Shown here: positions 1 through 8,775 of the stretch, piece after piece
Numbering within the stretch: position 1 is the stretch's first letter
Layout of the letters: each line of letters opens with the position of its first letter
Source: an uncultured Acidobacteriota bacterium
GTDB lineage: Bacteria > Acidobacteriota > Terriglobia > Acidiferrales > UBA7541
Assembly: GCA_963846235.1 (NCBI GenBank)
Contig: CAWJVF010000003.1
Coordinates: 205,372 to 269,371, forward strand
Length of the DNA stretch: 64,000 nt
Direction of reading: 5' to 3'
The notes under the pieces: generated by a model
Told to the model about the DNA's origin: nothing
The model's database searches: none
Seen by the model: the letters and a program-made list of their open reading frames with translations, nothing else
Made by a program: the position numbers and the translations under genes

Positions 1-372
1 AGGCTCGCAGTGCAGCAGCGGGTCCGTATTCTCAGCATCCTTCAATTGTTTGGCTTTCAGAGCTGCCCACGGCTGATAAGGTAGTCCATCGGATTCATAA
101 GCTGGCGCACCAGTTCGCCGACCACTCCCCGCAGGCTTGCCGACAGCGGGATCGGTTCCCAACGCTCCGTACTTCTCGATCCACATTCCAGAGAGGTCCG
201 GATGTCCGTCGGCTGTGCGCGGCGCTGGCTTGGAATGGTCTTTGGATAGAGTCGGAGGCGCGTATTTCTTTGTTCCCTGGTCTTTATCCGCCTGCGCAGC
301 AGCAGATGCCACACAAACGCTCGCGATCATTGCCGCGGCAAGCAAATACCCGAGGACGTGATGAAGCTTCAT
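1..372 (-). CDS. exported hypothetical protein, C-terminal part cut by window edge
   Basis: Not in the ORF track because it runs off the window. ATG at complement 370-372. It reads MKLHHVLGYLLAAAMIASVCVASAAAQADKDQG (signal-peptide-like) and stays open in frame to position 1 (124 codons). Confidence 0.45.
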   Translation of the reverse strand, partial: MKLHHVLGYLLAAAMIASVCVASAAAQADKDQGTKKYAPPTLSKDHSKPAPRTADGHPDLSGMWIEKYGALGTDPAVGKPAGSGRRTGAPAYESDGLPYQPWAALKAKQLKDAENTDPLLHCEP

Positions 373-401
373 AGAGTTCCTCCTGGCGACTATCTCCGCC
401 A

Positions 402-812
402 CTACGGGTTGTCGTCTCCCGCCTTCGGCCCGATCGGAATCACTTTGCCGTCCGGCAGCACGAAGTCTAGACCGAACATCAGTTTTGACCCGTCCTTAGC
501 GAGACGTCCATGAATCGTTACTTCTTTCCCTACCAGCGCCAGCATATCCGTCCTCGAAACGCCATTACGGTGCAGATAGCTCGGAGGCAAGCCCTCCACT
601 GACCAACGCGTCACAGCGCCGCCCTCATCCTTTGCTTCGACGTTCCAATAAACGTGCGGATTATCCCACTCCACCTTCGTGAGGATTCCCTTCAACTCCG
701 TGGGCTTGCCCATCTGGAACTCAGCGTTAAGCGAGTGATGTGCAAGGGCGGGCAGCGCCGCCAAAAGCAACCCACAAAAAATCACCGCCATACTCGAAGC
801 TCTGCGAGTCAT
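402..812 (-). CDS. small exported protein, DUF6152-like
   Basis: Internal start MTRRASSMAVIFCGLLLAALPALAHHS is preceded by AGGAGG. Signal peptide followed by an AHHS..AEF motif. The longer 172-aa ORF start is unlikely. Confidence 0.6.
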   Translation of the reverse strand: MTRRASSMAVIFCGLLLAALPALAHHSLNAEFQMGKPTELKGILTKVEWDNPHVYWNVEAKDEGGAVTRWSVEGLPPSYLHRNGVSRTDMLALVGKEVTIHGRLAKDGSKLMFGLDFVLPDGKVIPIGPKAGDDNP

Positions 813-977
813 TTTGGGTTCTTCCTCCTGTCCGATTCTCCGTTTTTGGGAGTCGTTATGGAGAGCAGACGAGAAACTGATCGTGCCCGAACATAGCATT
901 GCCGCTGAAAAAAGTGTCAAGGTACCGCTCGGCTATCCCTATGACGGGAGCTGCTGAAATTCGTTTCGTCGATTATA

Positions 978-2135
978 TCAGGGAGTTGGCGGTTTTGGCG
1001 GCGCCGGTTTGCCGAATTTGGCGGCGTCTATCGGTACGTTCGGCTGAATCTGGGTCGCCGTGAAGACCGTCTGGCCATCCAGCCAGCTCGTCGTCCATTT
1101 AAAGGGCATCTTCACGCCGGCAACGTCACGATAATCTTCATAGTCAACCTGCGTCGCTGAGAGACCCACTTTCGTATCCGTATAACGCACCTGCCGTACC
1201 AGCAACCCGGTCTTACTGTCGAAGTAAAGGTTCACTGGAGTGCGGCCGTCGACGGTCCCTTGCACAACCTCGACGTCTTTGTCGTTGATAGTTATCGGCA
1301 TGGTGACGCGCCACTGCGTAAGCGCCTGCTTTATAGCAGTGGGGAAGCAGATCGTTGCGTCCAGCTTGGCGCCGATCAGATCGCCTTGGACCAGCGGAAG
1401 TAGCGGAATCGGCTTGTCGTCTCGGGGCATAGCCACCCAGCCGTTGCGGCCGTCGTACGCGATGGTCCTGTCGCCCGCCTCCGTGTGCGTGATCGTCGAC
1501 ATTTGGTTCGGTGCTTTTGCATAGAGTTCGAATGGATAAGCAAGCTCGGCATAGGCCTGGGAAGTTCCCTTCGCCACAAAGCTCGTGAGCTTCGCCAAAT
1601 TCTGCGCTCCGCCGAGCGCCTGAATGTATTTGTCCAGGATTTGATCGGCGGACATCTCGGGTGTGGGTGTTGGTGGAAGCAGTTGGTCCGGTTCGATCGG
1701 GTTGAATGTGGAGTTATATACGTCCGCAATTGTCGGCGTAACGCGCGGAATGCGGTCGCCGCGATGGCAGGTATAGCACGTTACCTCGCGCTTGCCGCCA
1801 AAATTGGCCTGATTGATGGAGTTCATCATCACGACCATCCTGCGGGCGGCCGACTTCAGCTGAGTATTGTCGGCATAATGTTCCCAGCTGCCGGCGCTGG
1901 CATCGCCATGGCAAGTGGTGCAGTTCGCCGTCAGTGAGACGGCAAAGAACCCCATGGTCTCTATGAACTCGCCGGCCGGAATTCCTCGCAATACCTGCAC
2001 GTCTTTGAACGCGTCTTCGGACATCAGCGGCTTTTGTGCTGCATCGGTTTGTGCCTTCACTGACGCAACACCAAATACGAACGTGGCGGTTATTGCAACG
2101 CCACTAAGGAAGCGCGATTTTATTCCCCAAAACAT
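978..2135 (-). CDS. exported di-haem c-type cytochrome (reaction-centre cytochrome c-like haem motifs)
   Basis: Two CxxCH motifs (CTTCHGD, CYTCHRG). Signal peptide begins at MFWGIKSRFLSG with AGGAGA upstream. Paralogous to the divergent neighbour. Confidence 0.8.
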   Translation of the reverse strand: MFWGIKSRFLSGVAITATFVFGVASVKAQTDAAQKPLMSEDAFKDVQVLRGIPAGEFIETMGFFAVSLTANCTTCHGDASAGSWEHYADNTQLKSAARRMVVMMNSINQANFGGKREVTCYTCHRGDRIPRVTPTIADVYNSTFNPIEPDQLLPPTPTPEMSADQILDKYIQALGGAQNLAKLTSFVAKGTSQAYAELAYPFELYAKAPNQMSTITHTEAGDRTIAYDGRNGWVAMPRDDKPIPLLPLVQGDLIGAKLDATICFPTAIKQALTQWRVTMPITINDKDVEVVQGTVDGRTPVNLYFDSKTGLLVRQVRYTDTKVGLSATQVDYEDYRDVAGVKMPFKWTTSWLDGQTVFTATQIQPNVPIDAAKFGKPAPPKPPTP

Positions 2136-2425
2136 AGTAATTTTCTCTCCTTCGTCTCCGTGACGCTGATGCTGCTTTCGGTTAGCCTCGCTAGCCCCGG
2201 ACTTTCCGTTTCTCGAGCGCTTGGGAGTGGACGGGCGAGGATACAATGCTCAAGCTCAGTTTTCAATCGTGCGACTCAGGTGGATACAAAGGATCGGCGC
2301 GGAGCGATCTTCCAACCAGCACGGCAAGAGTGTATGCTACCGCTCGCCGGAGAAGTCAAATCGCACATTCGGTCGTTGCGAACGGAAGCAGGATTCGAAG
2401 ATTTGCCCGGAGGACTGTCTCGTCA

Positions 2426-3571
2426 ATGCGTGACTCACTGATGCGTGTGCAAAGAATTGGCGTACTCATAGGGTTGATAGTCGCGAGCGTGCTGATTGCG
2501 CGGGCGCAAGGCGCTCCGCCGACCATGGATGGAAAAACGGCCGAGCAAGTCTATAAGAATATCAAAGCGATGAATGGAACTCCGGCCGACCAGCTCATCG
2601 AGTCTATGCACCTGATCCGCGGCGCGCTCGGAGTGGATTGCGAATTCTGCCATGACGACCCGGATCGCTCGACAGACACCAAAAAACCAAAAGAAGTCGC
2701 GCGCGACATGATCCGCATGATGATGGCGATCAACAAGAATAACTTCAACGGCGGGCAGGAAGTCACTTGCTACACCTGCCATCGCGGCAATGCCATTCCA
2801 GCAACCACGTTGGTTCTGCCCACTGTTCCGAAAGACGTCGAGACCGACGCCCAGCTCCAACTGCCCTCGGTTGATCAGATCGTGACTAAATACGTTCAGG
2901 CGCTCGGCGGTGAGCAGGCGCTCAGAAAAGTCACGTCCCGGGTGATCACCGGAACTCAGACAGTCCCTACCGGTCCCGGAGGAACTGTGCCCATGCCGGC
3001 GGCGCTTGAACGCAGCCAGAAGGCGCCTAACCTTGTCGTCAACACTTACAAGACGCCAACTTATACGATCTCCGACGGTTTCGATGGAACGAAGGCCTGG
3101 GCACAGGATTTCAGAGGGCGTGTCGCTGAGCCCGGCGCAATCGATCAAACGCGCGCCAAGCGCGATGCGGATTTCTATCTGCCGCTCGATTTGAAACAGG
3201 CATACGCGAAGATGCAAGTAGAGGGCGTCGAAAACGTGAACGGGCACGACGCTTACGTTGTAACCGCGCAGCCACAGGGTGAACGCGAGGAGCGGCTCTA
3301 TTTCGACGTGCAGACGGGATTGCTTCTGCGGAAGTGGAGCTCGTTACCCACTCCCGTGGGCGATGCTCCATTTCAAGTGAATTATGACGATTACCGCGAC
3401 ACGGGAAGCGGCGTTCGGTTTCCCTATCTGATCACCATGAATCCCGCCGGCCCCCGCCTTGAACCGTCCACTAGTGTGACCATTCGCGTCATCAAGGTGC
3501 AGGACAACGCGCCACTCGATAGCTCGAAATTCACAAAGCCCGAATCCAAGACGGCAGCGGCAGCTCAGTAA
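2426..3571 (+). CDS. exported di-haem c-type cytochrome, paralog of 978..2135
   Basis: CEFCHDD and CYTCHRG motifs. Same domain order and a similar C-terminal half (YDDYRD.. motif). Start taken at MRDSLMRVQRIGVLIG; the ATG at 2441 is also possible. Confidence 0.8.
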   Translation: MRDSLMRVQRIGVLIGLIVASVLIARAQGAPPTMDGKTAEQVYKNIKAMNGTPADQLIESMHLIRGALGVDCEFCHDDPDRSTDTKKPKEVARDMIRMMMAINKNNFNGGQEVTCYTCHRGNAIPATTLVLPTVPKDVETDAQLQLPSVDQIVTKYVQALGGEQALRKVTSRVITGTQTVPTGPGGTVPMPAALERSQKAPNLVVNTYKTPTYTISDGFDGTKAWAQDFRGRVAEPGAIDQTRAKRDADFYLPLDLKQAYAKMQVEGVENVNGHDAYVVTAQPQGEREERLYFDVQTGLLLRKWSSLPTPVGDAPFQVNYDDYRDTGSGVRFPYLITMNPAGPRLEPSTSVTIRVIKVQDNAPLDSSKFTKPESKTAAAAQ

Positions 3572-3595
3572 TTCAACACAGTATTTCGTGGAATA

Positions 3596-3630
3596 AAATC
3601 GGCGGCGCGATCATTGTGCTGCCGATTTTT
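3596..3630 (+). terminator. candidate rho-independent terminator
   Basis: AATCGGCGGC / GCTGCCGATT stem (9 of 10 pairs) with an 11-nt loop, followed by TTTTT, 25 nt after the cytochrome stop codon. Confidence 0.5.
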
Positions 3631-4025
3631 CATCGTGTATTAGACGCCAAAACGCAGAGCCGGCTTGCCAAAACGAAAATGCATTTTGCAGGAAAGGGAA
3701 TCTCAAGGCGAACTTGCCGGACCGAGCAGCCTCCAGACCGTTTCATAGCGGTACTCATGTTTCGATTCCGAACAGCCCCAAACCTGCCAATGCTTTCTTC
3801 CCCTCTTTTCTCGCCAGAAATTCCTGATCTTTCAGAGTCAACGAATTAGGTCAAACCAGCGTTTGTGGCCAGCAGCGTGCGTCTGGGAATTGCGGGCGTA
3901 GTAGTGTGGGCAGCCGCCGAATTGGGGTAACGCTCGGGAAATAGGGCCCGCCTCGTGAAGCGCGTCGCTTACGCCAATGTGGGATGGATTCTTTGAACTC
4001 ACCACTCCAATGCCCGCAATTGCCG

Positions 4026-4589
4026 ATGCCCGTATCAAGAGTGGGCTGGATTCTATCCGCGCTCATCGTTGGCGCGTTCGTTTGCACCATCGCTGCGGCG
4101 CAATCTGAGCAGCCCGGCGAGTACGACGTGAAGGCGGCTTTTTTATTCAACTTCACGAAATTCGTGGAATGGCCGGAAAACGCTTTTGTCGATCCTCACG
4201 CGCCGATTGTGATCGGCGTCATTGGAGACGATCCCTTTGGCGAAAGTCTCGTGAGTATCGTCGCGGGACAGAAGGCTCAGGGCCGCAGCATCGAAATCGT
4301 TAAGTACCGCTATGGTGACAACCTGCGCCGTTGTCATGTTCTTTTCATCAGCGCCTCCGAACGCCAGCGCAGAGCGCCGATCCTGGCCAGCCTTCAGGAA
4401 GCCAGCGTCTTGACGGTCAGCGACATTGATGGGTTTGCCGAAGCCGGAGGCGCAATTCAATTTGTGGTGCAAGAGAACCGAGTGCGCTTCGTCGTGAACT
4501 TGGAAGTTGCCACGCAGAGCAAACTGCGCGTAAGCGCAAAGCTGCTGGCGTTGGCGCGCGTGATCAACCGCAGCGAGGCCGCGAGATGA
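4026..4589 (+). CDS. YfiR/DUF4154 family periplasmic protein
   Basis: Signal peptide, then YDVKAAFLFNFTKFVEWP, which is typical of DUF4154. It lies directly upstream of a sensor kinase. Alternative start at 3984. Confidence 0.7.
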   Translation: MPVSRVGWILSALIVGAFVCTIAAAQSEQPGEYDVKAAFLFNFTKFVEWPENAFVDPHAPIVIGVIGDDPFGESLVSIVAGQKAQGRSIEIVKYRYGDNLRRCHVLFISASERQRRAPILASLQEASVLTVSDIDGFAEAGGAIQFVVQENRVRFVVNLEVATQSKLRVSAKLLALARVINRSEAAR

Positions 4590-4593
4590 ACAT

Positions 4594-7500
4594 ATGACGT
4601 CGTTCCGCGATTTGTCGATTCGCCGCAAGCTCACCTTGATCGTCATGATCACCACGTGCACTGCGATCTTGTTGGCTTGCGGCGCCTTCTTTGCTTTCGA
4701 TATTCACACCTTGCGCCAATCCAGGATGCACGATCTCGAAACGCTGGCGGAAGTGCTGGGTTCCAATAGCACCGCAGCGTTGACCTTCAACGATCCCGCC
4801 GCCGCCCGCGAGGTTCTGCAATCGCTTTCAGCCAAAGAGCACGTCATGGCGGCCGCTCTTTATCGCATCGATGGAGCAGCAAGTTTTGCCACTTATGTTC
4901 GGGATCCAGCGCTAGCGCCTTTTTCCTTTCCGGCGCCCGAATCGAGCGGGACGCGATTTGAGTCCAAACGTCTTGTGGTTTTCCACACGATTGTTCTGGA
5001 CGGCCATCGCCTCGGCACGGTCTTTCTTGCCTCCGATTTAGGGGAATTCGCTGAACTCATGCGGCTGTATTTCGCCTTGTTCGGACTCATCGTGGTGAGC
5101 TTGTCGGTGGGTGCTTTCTTTTTGGCGGCTCGGATGCAGCGAGCCATTTCTGATCCGATTCTGATGCTGGCGCAGACAACCAGGCAGGTTACCAGCGAAA
5201 AAGACTTCTCGCTTCGCGCCACCCGTGGCGCCAACGACGAAATCGGCGTGCTGATCGACGGTTTCAACGGCATGCTTACTGAGATCCAGCGCCGCGACCG
5301 AGCTCTGCAGCTGGCTCGCGATGAGCTCGAACTTCGCGTCGAGCAGCGAACAGCGGAATTGCGTCAGGAAATCTCTGTGCGCAAAGAGGCCGAAGGAGCA
5401 CTGCGCGAAAGCGAACAGCGCACACGCCTTCTGCTCGATTCCACGGCCGAGGGCATCTATGGGCTCGATCTTCAGGGGCAATGCACGTTTTCAAACCGGG
5501 CCACGCTGCGCCTGTTGGGTTACTCGGATGTCAGCGAGCTGCTGGGGCGAAACATGCATAATCTGGTGCATCATACCCGCTCCGATGGGTCACGTTACGC
5601 TGCCTCGGAATGTCCTATATATGCGACCCTTAGCACCAGTCAAGCCTCTCACAGCGACATGGAAGTTCTCTGGCGATCTGATGGAACGAGCTTTCCGGCG
5701 GAATATTGGTCATATCCCATCGAGCGGGATGGCCAGATCGTCGGCGCGGTAGTCACGCTTATCGATATCACGGCTCGACGTGCGGCGCAGGAGGCGATGC
5801 TCTTGGCCAAGCAAGCGGCAGAATCCTCCAATCGCGCCAAGAGCGAATTCCTCGCCAACATGAGTCACGAGATTCGCACGCCGATGAACGGAATCATCGG
5901 CATGACTGAATTGGCGCTCGATACTCCGCTGAATGAAGAACAAAAACAGTATCTGGAACTGGTGCGTTCTTCGGCAGACAGCCTGCTGCGCGTCGTGAAT
6001 GACGTCCTCGACTTTTCCAAGATCGAGGCCGGGCGGCTCGATCTGGATCAAACCGATTTTGATTTGCCGGAACTCGTGAATCAGACCCTAAAAACACTTG
6101 CCGTTCGGGCGCACAAGAAAGGGCTCGAGCTTTCCTCTCGTATCGCGCCCAATGTCCCGCAGATGTTCTCCGGAGATCCGGACCGCGTCCGGCAAATCCT
6201 CGTCAACTTAGTCGGAAACGCCATCAAGTTCACTCAAAAAGGGGGCGTTGTGATCGAGGTCGGCCGGGAGATCATCAGTCCGGAAACGGACCCCTTTCGA
6301 TTTCATTTCATTGTTCGCGATACGGGTATTGGCATTCCCCTGGAGAAACAAAAAATTATCTTCGACGCATTCTCCCAGGTTGATGGCTCGACCACCCGGA
6401 AATACGGGGGTACTGGTCTAGGGCTGACGATCACCAAGCGTCTTGTGGAGATGATGGGCGGAAAGGTGTGGGTGGAAAGCCATCTGGGTGAGGGCAGCGT
6501 CTTTCATTTCACGTTGAAGCTCGCTCCGCCTGAAACGAGCGGATCGGGGCGCAACTTGCGTCGCACCGAACTCGAGAGTTTGCATGTTCTGATCGTCGAC
6601 GATAACGAGACCAATCGCATGATCCTCGATGAAATGCTGAAGAACTGGCGGATGGTCCCCACTTTAGCGGATGGCGGTGAGGCCGCGCTGATGGCCATGC
6701 GCTGGGCCCGCGATCAAGGGAACAGCTTTCCTCTGGTTCTCCTGGATGGCCACATGCCCGCTATGGATGGGTTCGAAGTCGCCCGGAGAATCAAAGCCGA
6801 TCCTTCACTCGCGGGCGCCACGATCATGATGCTCACTTCGGATCGTCAGGTGGGCGACGCAGCCAGATGTCGCGAACTCGGGATCACAGTTTATCTCGTG
6901 AAGCCCATTGGACAATCCGATTTGCTCGACGGAATTCTGAATGCTCTCGGAACGCAAATCCTGGACTCTGCTTCGGCCGTCGTTCCTGATAAACGGCACA
7001 AAGCCACGCGTCCCATGCGCCTGCTTCTGGCCGAAGACAACGCGGTCAACGCAAAGCTGGCACTGACGATCTTACGGAAGTGGGGCCACGAGGTTGTGCT
7101 GGCCACGAACGGCCGGGAAGCACTCGATTTGCTCGAAGGAGCAGGGTTTCAGGGATTTGACGCGATTTTGATGGACATTCAGATGCCGGAAATGGATGGG
7201 ATGGAGGCAACGGCGGCTATCCGCGCTCGCGAGCGAACTCTGGGAAGTCACATACCCATCATCGGAGTAACCGCACACGCCATGAAAGGTGATCGCGAGC
7301 GCTGCCTGGAGGGAGGCATGGACGGCTATGTAACCAAACCGATCCGGCCGGACACACTTTTCTCAGAGTTGGCTCGCCTCGATCCGACTGCTGTGCAGCA
7401 TGAACTGGAGCCGGCGACGGGTACCACCACGGATTCCGGAGCAATCGGCGCGTTGGATCGGGTCGCGCTGCTCGACCGCGTCGAAGGTGATATGGAGCTG

Positions 7501-7791
7501 CTTGGCGACATCATCGAGCTTTTCAAGGAGGATTCCGTTCGCCAAATGACTGCCATTCGGGAAGCCATCGATAAGAAACAACCCGATATCCTGCGGCGTG
7601 CCGCGCACACATTGAAAGGAACATGCGGAAATCTGGGCGCGGTGGAAGCAGCCGCCACAGCTCTGGAACTCGAAAAACTCGCGGCCGCGGGAGACCTGTC
7701 TCATGCTCCAGAGAGCTCGCGATTGCTGGAAGAGCAAATCCAGCGAGCAAGCAAGCTCCTCGACGAACTCAGGCAGGAGTGCGTGCGATGA
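4594..7791 (+). CDS. hybrid sensor histidine kinase / response regulator (sensor-HAMP-PAS-HisKA-HATPase-REC-REC-Hpt)
   Basis: Two TM segments flank a sensor domain. H-box SHEIRTPMNGI, G-box GGTGLGL, two receiver domains (VLIVDDN.., LLLAEDN..) and a C-terminal Hpt (HTLKGTCGNLG). Confidence 0.9.
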   Translation: MTSFRDLSIRRKLTLIVMITTCTAILLACGAFFAFDIHTLRQSRMHDLETLAEVLGSNSTAALTFNDPAAAREVLQSLSAKEHVMAAALYRIDGAASFATYVRDPALAPFSFPAPESSGTRFESKRLVVFHTIVLDGHRLGTVFLASDLGEFAELMRLYFALFGLIVVSLSVGAFFLAARMQRAISDPILMLAQTTRQVTSEKDFSLRATRGANDEIGVLIDGFNGMLTEIQRRDRALQLARDELELRVEQRTAELRQEISVRKEAEGALRESEQRTRLLLDSTAEGIYGLDLQGQCTFSNRATLRLLGYSDVSELLGRNMHNLVHHTRSDGSRYAASECPIYATLSTSQASHSDMEVLWRSDGTSFPAEYWSYPIERDGQIVGAVVTLIDITARRAAQEAMLLAKQAAESSNRAKSEFLANMSHEIRTPMNGIIGMTELALDTPLNEEQKQYLELVRSSADSLLRVVNDVLDFSKIEAGRLDLDQTDFDLPELVNQTLKTLAVRAHKKGLELSSRIAPNVPQMFSGDPDRVRQILVNLVGNAIKFTQKGGVVIEVGREIISPETDPFRFHFIVRDTGIGIPLEKQKIIFDAFSQVDGSTTRKYGGTGLGLTITKRLVEMMGGKVWVESHLGEGSVFHFTLKLAPPETSGSGRNLRRTELESLHVLIVDDNETNRMILDEMLKNWRMVPTLADGGEAALMAMRWARDQGNSFPLVLLDGHMPAMDGFEVARRIKADPSLAGATIMMLTSDRQVGDAARCRELGITVYLVKPIGQSDLLDGILNALGTQILDSASAVVPDKRHKATRPMRLLLAEDNAVNAKLALTILRKWGHEVVLATNGREALDLLEGAGFQGFDAILMDIQMPEMDGMEATAAIRARERTLGSHIPIIGVTAHAMKGDRERCLEGGMDGYVTKPIRPDTLFSELARLDPTAVQHELEPATGTTTDSGAIGALDRVALLDRVEGDMELLGDIIELFKEDSVRQMTAIREAIDKKQPDILRRAAHTLKGTCGNLGAVEAAATALELEKLAAAGDLSHAPESSRLLEEQIQRASKLLDELRQECVR

Positions 7792-8775
7792 AGATTCTGA
7801 TTGCTGATGACGATCCGGTCTCCTCCCGCCTGCTTGATCGCCTGCTAGTTAAATGGGGTTACGAGGTAATCGCTGTTCACGATGGCGCGGAGGCTTGGGA
7901 AGTGCTGCAGGCGGAGAATGCTCCCCGGGTAGCTTTGCTCGATTGGATCATGCCCGGAATCGACGGCCTGGAGATTTGCCGCCGCGTGCGGGCGCGATCT
8001 GGCGCAGCCCTACGTGTACATCATGCTCCTCACCGCAAACGACAAAGTGGGGAATCTGGTGGAGGGGCTGGAATCGGGAGCGGACGATTACCTGACCAAG
8101 CCTTTTCATCCACAGGAATTGAGGGCGCGTCTGCGCGTCGGTTTGCGCATGCTGGACCTCGAAAGCCGTCTTGTGGAGGCGCGCGAGAGCCTGCGCTTCA
8201 AAGCCAGCCACGACTCGCTGACCACTATCTGGAATCGCGGTGCGATTATCGAGATGCTCGAGCGGGAATTGAGCCGCGCGCGCAGAGACGGCAGTTCGGT
8301 AGGCATCCTGCTCGCGGATATCGATCACTTCAAAAGAGTCAATGACACGCGGGGACACCTGGTGGGCGATGAAGTCCTTCGCGCCGTGACGGGCCGACTG
8401 AAAGGGGAAGTTCGCTCCTATGATTCGGTGGGGCGTTATGGAGGGGAGGAGTTTTTGATCTTACTGCCCGGCTGCGATAATCCGAAACTCACTACAAAGG
8501 CCGAACAGCTCGTAAAAGTAGTGGAGCGCAGCTCGATCGGGACGTCGACCGGCACGGTGGCGGTCACTATCAGCATCGGTGGTATTGCCAGTGGCGACTG
8601 CCCGCACGCCGAAGTGAACAAGCTTCTGCGTGCCGCGGATACCGCCCTCTATCGGGCGAAAGTCTCGGGGCGAAACCGCTCGGAGATGGCCCGGCTATCC
8701 GATATGGAAGTGCTTCCCACAATTAACGCGCCGGCTGCATCCGAGCCAGTGGAATCGCCTACTTCAGGTAAGTAG
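7788..8775 (+). pseudogene. response regulator-diguanylate cyclase (REC-GGDEF) with one frameshift near 7996
   Basis: MKILIADDDPV starts in an ATGA overlap with the kinase stop codon. The REC domain breaks after ICRRVRAR and resumes in another frame as LAQPYVYIMLLTANDK. The GGEEF motif is present. Removing one base restores a single ORF, so a sequencing error is possible. Confidence 0.75.
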
